From Macrostomum lignano (Eukaryota), in NCBI GenBank assembly GCA_002269645.1, contig NIVC01001151.1:1-64000 (forward strand): a stretch of 64,000 nt of DNA, read 5' to 3'. How positions within the stretch are numbered: the first letter of the stretch is position 1; each line of letters begins with the position of its first letter. Shown piece after piece: positions 1-12,900 of this stretch. Made by a program: the position numbers and the translations under genes. The notes under the pieces are model-generated. The model made no database searches. It saw only the letters and a program-made list of their open reading frames with translations, and was not told the DNA's origin.

Positions 1-19
1 AAAGTGCCCACTTTGGAGG

Positions 20-3000
20 ACAGAGTGTGCCCCCCAAAGACAGTCAATGTGCCCCCCCCTTAAGGACAGTCAGTGTGCCCCCCAAAGACAGTCAGTGCCC
101 CCCCCAAGACAGTTAGTGCCCCCCAAAGACAGTCAGTGCCCCCCAAAGACAGTCAGTGCCCCCCCCAAAGACAGTTAGTGCCCCCAAAGACAGTCAGTGC
201 CCCCAAAGACAGTCAGTGCCCCCCCGAAAGACAGTCAGTGCCCCCCCAAAGACAGTCAGTGTGCCCCCTCAAAGACAGTCAGTGCCCCCCCCCCAAAGAC
301 AGTCAGTGTGCCCCCTCAAAGACAGTCAGTGCCCCCCCCCCCAAAGACAGTCAGTGCCCCCCCAAAGGCAGTCGTGTGCCCCCCTCAAAGACAGTCAGTG
401 CCCCCCCCAAAGACAGAGTGCCCCAAAGGCAGTCAGTGCCCCCCCCCCCAAAACAGTCGGTGTGCCCCCCCCCCAAAGACAGTCGGTGTGCCCCCCCCCC
501 AAAGACAGTCGGTGTGCCCCCCCCAAAGACAGTCGGTGTGCCCCCCCCCAAAGACAGTCGGTGTGCCCCCCCCAAAGACAGTCGGTGTGCCCCCCCCAAA
601 GACAGTCGGTGTGCCCCCCCCCCAAAGACAGTCGGTGTGCCCCCCCCCAAAGACAGTCGGTGTGCTCCCCCCCCCAAAGACAGTCGGTGTGCCCCCCCCC
701 AAAGACAGTCGGTGTGCCCCCCCCCCAAAGACAGTCGGTGTGCCCCCCCAAAGACAGTCGGTGTGCCCCCCCCAAAGACAGTCGGTGTGCCTCCCCCCCC
801 AAAGACAGTCGGTGTGCCCCCCCCCAAAGACAGTCGGTGTGCCCCCCCCCAAAGACAGTCGGTGTGCCCCCCCCAAAGACAGTCGGTGTGCCCCCCCCCA
901 AAGACAGTCGGTGTGCCCCCCCCCAAAGACAGTCGTGTGCCCCCAAAGACAGTCGTGTGCCCCCCCCCAAAGACAGTCGGTGTGCCCCCCAAAGACAGTC
1001 GTGTGCCCCCCCCCAAAGACAGTCGGTGTGCCCCCCCCCAAAGACAGTCGTGTGCCCCCCCAAAGACAGTCGTGGCCCCCCCAAAGACAGTCAGTGCCCC
1101 CCAAAGACAGTCAGTGTGCCCCCCCCCCAAAGACAGTCGGTGTGCCCCCCCCCAAAGACAGTCGTGTGCCCCCCCCCAAAGACAGTCGGTGTGCCCCCCC
1201 CAAAGACAGTCGTGTGCCCCCCCCAAAGACAGTCGGTGTGCCCCCCCCCAAAGACAGTCGGTGTGCCCCCCCCCCAAAGACAGTCGGTGTGCCCCCCCCA
1301 AAGACAGTCGTGTGCCCCCCCCAAAGACAGTCGGTGTGCCCCCCCCCCAAAGACAGTCGGTGTGCCCCCCCCAAAGACAGTCGGTGTGCCCCCCCCCAAA
1401 GACAGTCGGTGTGCCCCCCCCCAAAGACAGTCGGTGTGCCCCCCCCCAAAGACAGTCGGTGTGCCCCCCCCCAAAGACAGTCGGTGTGCCCCCCCCCAAA
1501 GACAGTCGGTGTGCCCCCCCCCAAAGACAGTCGGTTGCCCCCCCCCAAAGACAGTCGGTGTGCCCCCCCCCAAAGACAGTCGGTGTGCCCCCCCAAAGAC
1601 AGTCGGTGTGCCCCCCCCCCCAAAGACAGTCGGTGTGCCCCCCCCAAAGACAGTCGGTGTGCCCCCCCCCAAAGACAGTCGGTGTGCCCCCCCCAAAGAC
1701 AGTCGGTGTGCCCCCCCCCAAAGACAGTCGGTGTGCCCCCCCCCAAAGACAGTCGGTGTGCCCCCCCCAAAGACAGTCGGTGTGCCCCCCCCCCAAAGAC
1801 AGTCGGTGTGCCCCCCCCAAAGACAGTCGGTGTGCCCCCCCCAAAGACAGTCGGTGTGCCCCCCCCCAAAGACAGTCGGTGTGCCCCCCCCCAAAGACAG
1901 TCGGTGTGCCCCCCCCAAAGACAGTCGGTGTGCCCCCCCCCAAAGACAGTCGGTGTGCCCCCCCCAAAGACAGTCGGTGTGCCCCCCCCAAAGACAGTCG
2001 GTGTGCCCCCCCCAAAGACAGTCGGTGTGCCCCCCCCCAAAGACAGTCGGTGTGCCCCCCCCAAAGACAGTCGGTGTGCCCCCCCCCAAAGACAGTCGGT
2101 GTGCCCCCCCCCCAAAGACAGTCGGTGTGCCCCCCCCCAAAGACAGTCGGTGTGCCCCCCCCCAAAGACAGTCGGTGTGCCCCCCCCCCAAAGACAGTCG
2201 GTGTGCCCCCCCCCAAAGACAGTCGGTGTGCCCCCCCCCAAAGACAGTCGGTGTGCCCCCCCCCCAAAGACAGTCGGTGTGCCCCCCCCAAAGACAGTCG
2301 GTGTGCCCCCCCCCAAAGACAGTCGGTGTGCCCCCCCCAAAGACAGTCGGTGTGCCCCCCCCCAAAGACAGTCGGTGTGCCCCCCCCCAAAGACAGTCGG
2401 TGTGCCCCCCCCCAAAGACAGTCGGTGTGCCCCCCCCCAAAGACAGTCGGTGTGCCCCCCCCAAAGACAGTCGGTGTGCCCCCCCCAAAGACAGTCGGTG
2501 TGCCCCCCCCAAAGACAGTCGGTGTGCCCCCCCCCAAAGACAGTCGGTGTGCCCCCCCCAAAGACAGTCGGTGTGCCCCCCCCAAAGACAGTCGGTGTGC
2601 CCCCCCCAAAGACAGTCGGTGTGCCCCCCCCAAAGACAGTCGGTGTGCCCCCCCCAAAGACAGTCGGTGTGCCCCCCCCAAAGACAGTCGGTGTGCCCCC
2701 CCCAAAGACAGTCGGTGTGCCCCCCCCAAAGACAGTCGGTGTGCCCCCCCAAAGACAGTCGGTGTGCCCCCCCCAAAGACAGTCGGTGTGCCCCCCCCAA
2801 AGACAGTCGGTGTGCCCCCCCCAAAGACAGTCGGTGTGCCCCCCCCCCAAAGACAGTCGGTGTGCCCCCCCAAAGACAGTCGGTGTGCCCCCCCAAAGAC
2901 AGTCGGTGTGCCCCCCCCAAAGACAGTCGGTGTGCCCCCCCCAAAGACAGTCGGTGTGCCCCCCCCAAAGACAGTCGGTGTGCCCCCCCCAAAGACAGTC

Positions 3001-4357
3001 GGTGTGCCCCCCCCAAAGACAGTCGGTGTGCCCCCCCCCAAAGACAGTCGGTGTGCCCCCCCCAAAGACAGTCGGTGTGCCCCCCCCAAAGACAGTCGGT
3101 GTGCCCCCCCCAAAGACAGTCGGTGTGCCCCCCCCAAAGACAGTCGGTGTGCCCCCCCAAAGACAGTCGGTGTGCCCCCCCAAAGACAGTCGGTGTGCCC
3201 CCCCCAAAGACAGTCGGTGTGCCCCCCCCAAAGACAGTCGGTGTGCCCCCCCCCAAAGACAGTCGGTGTGCCCCCCCCAAAGACAGTCGGTGTGCCCCCC
3301 CCAAAGACAGTCGGTGTGCCCCCCCCAAAGACAGTCGGTGTGCCCCCCCCAAAGACAGTCGGTGTGCCCCCCCCAAAGACAGTCGGTGTGCCCCCCCCAA
3401 AGACAGTCGGTGTGCCCCCCCCAAAGACAGTCGGTGTGCCCCCCCCAAAGACAGTCGGTGTGCCCCCCCCAAAGACAGTCGGTGTGCCCCCCCCCAAAGA
3501 CAGTCGGTGTGCCCCCCCCAAAGACAGTCGGTGTGCCCCCCCCAAAGACAGTCGGTGTGCCCCCCCCAAAGACAGTCGGTGTGCCCCCCCCAAAGACAGT
3601 CGGTGTGCCCCCCCCCAAAGACAGTCGGTGTGCCCCCCCCAAAGACAGTCGGTGTGCCCCCCCCAAAGACAGTCGGTGTGCCCCCCCCAAAGACAGTCGG
3701 TGTGCCCCCCCCAAAGACAGTCGGTGTGCCCCCCCCAAAGACAGTCGGTGTGCCCCCCCCCAAAGACAGTCGGTGTGCCCCCCCCAAAGACAGTCGGTGT
3801 GCCCCCCCCAAAGACAGTCGGTGTGCCCCCCCCAAAGACAGTCGGTGTGCCCCCCCCAAAGACAGTCGGTGTGCCCCCCCAAAGACAGTCGGTGTGCCCC
3901 CCCCAAAGACAGTCGGTGTGCCCCCCCCAAAGACAGTCGGTGTGCCCCCCCCAAAGACAGTCGGTGTGCCCCCCCAAAGACAGTCGGTGTGCCCCCCCCA
4001 AAGACAGTCGGTGTGCCCCCCCCAAAGACAGTCGGTGTGCCCCCCCCAAAGACAGTCGGTGTGCCCCCCCAAAGACAGTCGGTGTGCCCCCCCCAAAGAC
4101 AGTCGGTGTGCCCCCCCAAAGACAGTCGGTGTGCCCCCCCCAAAGACAGTCGGTGTGCCCCCCCCAAAGACAGTCGGTGTGCCCCCCCAAAGACAGTCGG
4201 TGTGCCCCCCCAAAGACAGTCGGTGTGCCCCCCAAAGACAGTCGGTGTGCCCCCCAAAGACAGTCGGTGTGCCCCCCCAAAGACAGTCGGTGTGCCCCCC
4301 CCAACAAAAGACAGTCGGTGTGCCCCCCCAAAGACAGTCGGTGTGCCCCCCAACAGT
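20..4357. repeat. Minisatellite, ~24-26 bp unit AAAGACAGTCGGTGTG(C)7-10, about 170 copies; may continue left of the window
   Basis: Directly visible tandem unit. The left ~1.1 kb contains GTCAGTG/GTCGTG variants and the rest is homogeneous apart from C-run length. It explains all six 1000-1400 aa ORFs in the track. Confidence 0.98.
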
Positions 4358-5040
4358 CGCTCGCCAATACACGCTCGTCATTTCAATGAATTCGAAAGAG
4401 CTCCATATTTTATTTTCGATTAAATTCGCTCATGTCTATGATTGTAAATTGGGCGATTCAGGATAGATCTGATATAATATCTGTCTCTAGTGGTCAGATT
4501 TGGGGTTCCAGAAGTCCATGGCCAAGCCCTAGTCAGTTACTAGGGCCAGGCAGAGTCATTTATCACACTCAGAGAAGTTCGGGTTTTGGGGTTTTGGGAA
4601 AGGGGGAGATATGGAGGTTGAGGATGCGGTGGCGGTTGGAAGTGGTCCTCGTGATGTGGAAAAATAAGTTAAAGAACAGCCACCACAGGCCTCAGATTGG
4701 GGGCTCCGCGGCACCAACAACCCCCACCACCCCACCCCGTCTTTCTTCTTTTCCCTCTGTCCGATGCCACCCTCCGCTCGCTGTTTGGTGGGGGCCAATC
4801 CCAGACCGCGAGCGCACTGCAGTTGCGGTCTAAAAATAGCCCGGGCGGTCATCGGTACAAATTTAGCAGTCACCACCAAACGCTTTTCAAATCCAAGCGC
4901 AAGCCCCGAGAGCACCACTGACTGAATGAAGACATTGGTGCATGGCTCATGGTGTAGCAGCAGTTCGCTAAGCTTTTGTTTGTTCATTCTTATTATTTAA
5001 GCTAGAATAGAAAAAATAAAGGCCGCAAATCCAGCTTCCG

Positions 5041-8000
5041 ATGGCACCCAGAATGGCAGCGACAGCATCGACGAAGAGTAGCAGCCTCGGTTTCGGCGGG
5101 ATCGACACGAACTCGCACGAGGAGGTTCTGATGCTGCTAGTGAAGGTGAACCTGTGCATGACCGCGCTGGCGCTGGGTGTCTTGCTGTTCCTGCTCGGCG
5201 GCAAGCTCCGGCGATGGCGCTCGTCAAGGGCCGACAGGCGAGCCGTCAACTTCAGCCGCCGCGGAGGCGACGGCGGCAGCTGGGAGAGCGTCGCCAAGAA
5301 GGCCGCGGGCAGCGGTTCGGAGCGGTGGAGGGCTTGGAGAGAACGTCTGGCTGCCACTGCTAGAACCTTCAGCAAGCAGGCCAAGAAGGAGAGAGACCTG
5401 GAGAGAGGTGAGTGCTCGTTTTCATTGACAAGTCGGGCGGTGATGGGTATTTTCAAGTTGCAGTAAAAGAAAGTCAAGTCTATGACCTCTGAAGTCAGTC
5501 ACTGAAGTAGTCCTTGAGTCAAGTATAAGTGTAAGTGTGAAGGTTGACCATCAGTCAAATTGCATGTAATTGGTTGTTCCTTAAGTTTAAGTCGGATATC
5601 GACTTAGTGTCGTAGTGCAGGATTTCAGATTTGGATAGATGAAAAATATTGTGTTATAGTTTTATTATCATTTTCCCTTTTCAAAGAAAAGCTAGAATTT
5701 TCAGACTGATTTTAATTTCGAACGCATATAGCCCCCCCCCCCAGAGTTTAAAGAGTGCAAATGAAACCCTTGAAGTGGAAGCTGATGTGGTGACGACACT
5801 TTTGAGTTGTAAAGTAATTTAAAGATCCGGTGAAACTTCACTCCACGCCCCTATATCTTCTATATACGAGTATCTTCGTCGTTTAGAAAAAGAAATAATG
5901 CTTTAGAGCGAAAGAGGAAATCAGGGGCAACGCGCAGGGGATATGCAGGCTGGGTGGGGATTGTTTTACTTTTATGCCTATCTGTGTGCTTTTTCAAAAG
6001 TAAGGATTTTTACGACGGTTTTGGTATGGTTTGGTTGGTTGACCAAATTTGGACTCTGGGGCGGCAGATTTTACAACCTTTTCCCTCCGGTTGTCACCCA
6101 CAAGAATTCTCCTCATTCCCCAGTAGCAGCAGTCAGATGCTGTCTAATGCTGTCTTTTACACACATTTTTCTCCATCAAATTTGACACCCTGGACAAAGT
6201 GACAAGGTTCTAAAAATGAGGATTACGAGCAATAATTATTAAGCTATAGTATCAATAGTTTCTGCTAGGCAGGGCAGCTAGGACTGAACCACCATAGCAA
6301 CCAGCTCATGTTCCCCCTGATACTTACCTCCGTCACCTCCAGTTGTAAACCTGTAACAGCTGTACAATTATATCTTAGATGTGATATAACTTGGTTTCCA
6401 TTCGCATATTAACAGATTGGAATCTGCATTCAATCCCCGATGGAACAGTGCGCGACTTGCACTAAAGCAGCATATAGGAAAATTAAAGTTGCCTGGGCTC
6501 CAATGCGGATGCGATGCAATTTATCTTGCCTCCGGGGTCCTGCAGACAGAGCCAAGCAGAACCAAATTAGCTTTCATGTCGAGCTGATAAATTACTAAAG
6601 CAAGCAGCAGCAGCAGGTCTCTGTCTGAGGGACCGAAAGCATTCTAAAGATATAATATTCCCAATTTCTCCACCCTGTGAAAAAACCCTAGGCCTAAAAA
6701 TTCATATTTACCCCATTCCGCTGGCGTTTCACTGCACAACTCTCTCCCAATGGGATTTGCGCGTGCCTGCGTTGAAGAAGAAAATTGGGAGCTGCTGCTG
6801 CTGCTGGGCGCGTGACAACCCAGACAGGGTGGGGGGTGGGGCGGCCTTGTGATTGAAGACTCGCATGCAGGCGAAACGCGCGCAGGCTGCAGGCCTCTTG
6901 GGGTCAGTGAGGACGCGGTTATACTATACGCGAGTCCTTTCATATGCAAATTTAATCATACTGGCATCAAGAATTGCACTGCACTTGACTCTCTCTCTCT
7001 AACCCTGTCTATCTGAGTCCCAGTGTCTGCGTCAACACATGTACACCTGTCTCACTTTGTTTCCGCTGAATAATGATTTTGATAAGCATTGGTTTATCTG
7101 CATGCAGTCAGCTCACACCTATACAACAGATTAAGGACTCCAGGTTTCACTCTCAGTCTCTGCAGCCTCCATAAAGGCTATTTTTATATTCACCATCATA
7201 CTCCTCCATCCACTGTATTCAATTTCTGCTATAGAGAAGTGTTAGCCAAGTCAGAGTTAGCTAAATTGCTTGTAAGGCAATAAAACACGGTCCCCTATAT
7301 AGATTGAATGCCGGGCTAGAGAGAGAGGCCTTTGTGAAGCCAGCGCAAGCAGCTGCACATAGCACATATTTGGTCATAATAACGTCGTCAGTCAGTCAGT
7401 CAGGCTTTCTGCTATTTGGTTAGTTAGCCATATCTTACGAGCTATATCGGGCTTCCCTTCCCAATGTCCAGCCCTTATGTACACTCGTAGAAATGACTCG
7501 TTTGAGCTGCAGCTCAGCAGAGCAGATGTTGCAGCGCAGTGAGGCAGAGAAGCCAGCAGGACCCAGTTGCTGCACTGCTCTGTTTTTGGTAGTTTCGTTG
7601 GAGGGTGGTGGGGGCTTTTTGGGGCCATAAAACCTCCCCGCTGACCAGCTCCAAGCCCATGGCTATAGAATTTGGTCTTATGAGTGAGTTCTCAGAGCGG
7701 CAGTCAGTTGGCCTGGACCGCGCGCGGGCTGCAACGTTCTCACGCAGCCTCCGATGCGATGCAGGCGCGAGGGTGCCAGCGAGTTGGGTTGAACGATAAA
7801 AACATTTTGAATCTGCTGAAGCCTGCAGCTGGAGGTGGATGAGGTTGGAAAATTTTTATGTTCTCGTGACTTTCCGCTATGGCTCAGGCACGCGCTATGC
7901 TAGTCGCTGCAGGAGCAGGGAATGGTCGCCAGAATACCACCTAGAGGAGTCAACTCAGACCATCTCATCTTATAAGCAGAATCAAGTAGTCATTAAACCT

Positions 8001-8364
8001 GTAAAGGATTAAGAAACCCCAACTCGCTGAATTTCATGCCCGTATTTTAGGCGTATTGAAATTGTGGGTTTAAGAAAAGCCATGATTTAATCACCGGAAC
8101 CCAGTAACGCCATGTGATGTCATGATGATAGTACTAAATTGTTCGTACAAAACAAATTTAACTAGGAGAGTAATATTCAATTCGATCTCATTCTACACAG
8201 AGTTGTCCGACTTTGAAGCGTCACCTCTGCCAGCGGCCGCGTCAGCGCCGGCGACAAACGCACCCGCATCCGTGACGCACTTTCACTGGTCGCCCGCGCC
8301 GGCCCGCGCAACAGCCATGGCAGCTTCGCCGCCGTCCCCTCCGCCATCGCCGATTATTGAGCAT

Positions 8365-8395
<31 letters not shown>

Positions 8396-8718
8396 CGTTG
8401 TGGCAGCAACAGCGCCAACGAGCACCGCATCAGCGGCATCAACATCAGCTGTCAGCTGCTGGCACGGACACGGTCACAACGTCCAGCTCGTCCGGAGGCA
8501 GCGTGCTCTCGCTGGGTGCCGCCTCGGCAGCTTCCTCGGCCGCTCTACTCACCTGCCGTTGCCTGAACGCGGACCTGCGGTTGCACAACACGCCGGCATC
8601 CAGCGAGTTCTCGCTGCCCGCGGCCGACCTGCAGCAGCCGGGGCCGTCGCTACAGCACCCGACAACGCCACAGACGCCAATTAGCGGTGAAAGCGTCATT
8701 ACCGACAGCAGCTGCTGA
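5041..8718 (+). CDS. Orphan single-pass membrane protein, ~294 aa; exons 5041-5407 and 8201-8718
   Basis: Exon 1 has a hydrophobic helix (VLMLLVKVNLCMTALALGVLLFLLGG) followed by KLRRWR and ends G|GTGAGT at 5407/5408 (phase 1). Acceptor TTCTACACAG at 8200 gives G+AG=Glu in frame with a low-complexity Pro/His/Gln/Ser tail ending TGA 8716-8718. Both exons are GC-rich. Extra exons cannot be excluded. Confidence 0.65.
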
Positions 8719-9915
8719 TCCGGCGCAGCAACTTTGTAAATAGTTTCGTTTTGCTCATGATGAGATTTATTGATGTATAGCTTAACTACATGCTGGATAA
8801 AGCAATTTCCAAGAACATGAGCCGCGATTGTAGGCCAACAAATTTTTGCTACCATGCGCTCGTATCACTACTTAGTCCCTTGAGAGGCATATGACTGAGA
8901 GAATTTAAGCTATTAACTTTCTTATATAAACCGATGATAGATTTACATATATATAGATAATCTAAATTTAGAATTGTCTTCTTTACGCTGTTAAAGACAA
9001 ATTATTAAAGACATTTTCAAACGTACATCACTTATTAAAGATTACTTTCTTATCACCAGTCTACTGTGTAATGGTAACAGTTTATTTATTCACCTCTGCA
9101 ATTCGAGGTCATGTCTCGAAATAGTCTACTACGAAAGACACGTGTTTTTCTTGTTAATGTCCAAGAAGCAGCTGACTTGCACCGCTCGACATCGTCACCT
9201 GGAGCTCAGGCTCACAGGGTGCGACTTTGTACACAATTCATGAAAAATTGAAAAGTCAATCCGTTACACCGAACTGGTGTTCCATATTTCCACATGCTTT
9301 TTAGTTTTTTTATTATTTTTATCTTGAAAAGAAAAACGCGGACCCGGTCTATACTGAGAAATCACTTTAAATGCATATGCTGCTCTGTCATTGATTTTTT
9401 GTAAATATAGCTTGTAAATGCTTCAATGATTAACTATTATGCTGCGACTTATTACTAAATTGGCATTCATTGTTCAACATGACCTTAGCAACCATTTATT
9501 TAGCTAATTACAGCGTTTGCCTAGATCCAAACGAAGATTCGCCGAAATAGTTTTCTCACTACTGTCACAGTCCCCATTTGTGCAGAAAAGAATGTTCCTT
9601 GTTGCATGCGTACACGCGTGCACTTGCAGTCGAGAACTCTCATACCATTTAACAAAAGCAAAATGTACCTATTTGTACACGAGGCCAGAGAAATCGTGTG
9701 CAAATTTGTTTTTGATGATGAGAATATGGTAGACCATCGACATCACGTGACATCATTACTAATCTACATTTAAAGCCCTATACAGAATTGCAGGCTTCAT
9801 TTTACAGCTATAATAAGTGCTAATAATTTAGCCGAGACCCTTCAAACTTCCCTACAATAAAAATTCACACATTTCAATTTGGCAGAGTTATATACTATAG
9901 CAGATTTATATAACC

Positions 9916-12900
9916 ATGGCAGATGAAGGCTTACTGCTGGTGTGTCCCGAGCAACAGGTGCCACCGAATGTTGCTCAAATCCACAGCGTCGTTGCAGTGA
10001 GTCCACCGAATGGTGAGTCCAGTACCTGTACCTGTGAATCCTCTGATGAAGATGGTACTGTAAATGTACACTCGGAACTCACTGACGAGTTACGAGTCAC
10101 CTTACTCACTATATAGAGAATCTTAAACCATGAGATACCACCAAAGTCCAGAATCTCACATGGCATATATCTACAGTAGCAGTTACAGATGCACAGATTA
10201 GCTTTCGAGAATCTCACACCAAAGAGACCTTAACCGCTTGAGAATCTCACACCAATAAAATCTCACAGACTTGAGAATCTCACCAATGAGATCTCACTCT
10301 CTTTAAAATCTCACACCAATGAGACCTTAATCACCTGAGAATCTCACACTATAAGATCTCAAATCAATCAAGAATCTCACACCAAGAGATCTCAATCACT
10401 TTAGAATCTGACACTAATGAGTTCTCACTGACTAGAGAATCTCACACTAATGAGACCTCACTCACTAGAGAATCTCACACCATTAGATAACAATCAAGTG
10501 AATTGAGAACATCACAGCATGTGATCTCGATCACTTAAAAATCTCAGTAGCTATGAGATGAGATCTCTATTCTTAACCACTTGGGAATCTCACACCATAT
10601 GAGATTATTTTTTATCTTAGAAGCTAAGATCCCCACCTAGCTTCTTGACATAGTGCATTTAGCTAATCAGAATAGTAGCTGTGGTGATATTATGATAAAG
10701 TCACTGTTATGAAATTACAGAATTTAATTTTTACATTAGCTAATGCGTTGTAACAAATAATGTACTTTCTTTTAAAAAATTGGGTTGCTTGCTAATGAGC
10801 TACTAGTATAATCACTGCAAATTTTACTCATTATTTGTTTAGTATTAAGTCCATTAGCAGATTTTTTATCCAATTAATTAATTTAATGATTGCTCCATAC
10901 TCAAATAGATCGATTATCTAGAATTTGGCTTGACTTACACAAAATTAATTAGGACTGCTGGCTGAGCTGAGCCTGCATGGTACATGATGATTAATTAAAT
11001 AACATTAAAAACCGTAAGGTAATTAAATATCATCTAAAGAAAAATCGCTAAAGATACATTGGAGAATGGAGATTTAATTGGGCATAGTCTTTCGTCTTAC
11101 TTTCATGGAGTTCTAGATCGAACATCTACCTATACGTCTACCTAGAGTGAAACGACTACCTATGTGACCATGGGAAACATTTTTAAATGATACAATATCG
11201 TTTTTACTGTTTTCGATAAGTATTCGTGGTTGTTATAAATTTTTTAATAAGCGTATGAAAATTAAAAACTCAGAAAAATTCCACTCCAGAGTTCTCGATT
11301 TAGAGATACGCGGGTGGGGGTCAACCTAGTCTAAGATAAAGGATTTTAAATAACCGCCGCCATTATCACGTGCGCAGAATTTCACTCTGCGTGTGGCGAC
11401 ACGCGGGACTCACGGAGAGCCCCAACCCCAACCCACTGCCCCCAAACTTAATCTCTATAGTAGAGTAGTATAAGTAGTGGTTTCGTTAAAAAATTCTATT
11501 TTAGGCTTTTATTACGGATATTTGTGTTTATCCAGTTAAAAACACTAATTATAATTTTTTACTAACAGAATGCCGGTGTACTTTCAAGTTTCTTTTCTCT
11601 CAAAAAGATTTGTTAATCCACGTCAGTGACGTCACCGCTGGACCCCATGGCCTGGCCTATAAATAAAAGCCCCCTCGCCAGCCACTTTCAGGAAGTTCGA
11701 CACGAAGCGTTCTCAACTTTATGTTTGCTGTTGCACTCGTCAGTCAGCCGAGCAATGCAACATAGCTTTAGCATTAGACGGCGCACGAATGATAAGCTTC
11801 GACACGTGACTAAAAGGCCTTGTTTTTTAGTAAAAGGTTCGAAAGCAGTGGATTGAATCGAATAACAATATCTTTTACATGCTTTTATACATGCTATGAG
11901 AGAATCATTTGTTGTCCAATGGGTAGCTGTAGCTGAATAGGGGTTTATGGTTTGCGTTTGTACAGTGTCTAGTATTTAGTCATCAGTCTTTCAATCGGAC
12001 CTCCCTCTTTGCGTTCCGATAACCTAACTCTATGAAGTAAAAGAGAGGGGGCAAGGGCTAGAGCCGGTAGACAGGCTTTCGGTTGAGAAAACTGGGTGGG
12101 TGCCTGGGTGGGTGTCCAGTTAATTTTGTGTGAGGAGGAGGGAGGAGGGTCATATTATCTGCGACCCCCCTCCCACACTGTACACTGACGCCAACCCCAG
12201 CCCAGACATTTGTAGTAAAGTCAAAAGCCAACCAGGCCCCAGGCACACCCCCGTCTTTTCCAGAGGGCCCTGGTCCTGGTCGTTCTAATTTTCTTAATCC
12301 AACGTGCATTGGGGTGTGAATTTTTATTCGGTGTACAGAAGAGTAAAGTCGAATGTGGGGGTTACGGGAGCTCTAAGAAAAAAACAAAATAGTGGGAGAC
12401 CCCAGGCGGGTGATAAAACTAGTGGCGAGGGAAGAAGGATAGGGACTCTATATTAATTATCTGCAGCCCCTCATCCCCTCACTTTACACTACTGACTGTA
12501 CATTACTGGCTGTACAGTGGAGGGACTGACCAGGGAGACCTCAGGGATCTAAAGATAAGTTAGTAGACCCAACAACAGTCAACACTCAACAGTTCCATCC
12601 ACCAAGCAAAGATATTTCTATACACCCTTTACCTTTACCGTGCATTTTAAATGAGAACTTTTCTTTCTAACTACGCGTGATTTGTACACGTGGAACTTGA
12701 CTGTTGCTGAGTATAATAATACTCGACTAGGCTAGTGGCGCAGCCAGGAATTTATTTCAGGGGGGAGGGGCATTCAGCACTCGGAGGAGGGGCGTGGTTG
12801 TGGGGGGATTCTTTTCTCCAGAATTTCGGGGGGGGGGCGGGCCTCCTCCCTGGCTGCGCCACTGGACTCTAGTCTAGGCAATAGAGCAGTGCGTTGTTTG

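Noticed and set aside
73-4466. Six ORFs of 1000-1400 aa
   Set aside because: These are translations of a stop-free 25-bp minisatellite, open in all frames with constant frame switching. There is no evidence of coding function.
10150-10605. CRISPR-like repeat/spacer appearance (GAGAATCTCACAC every ~33 bp)
   Set aside because: The spacers are mutually related, the repeats are degenerate, there are no cas genes, and the context is a eukaryotic intron.
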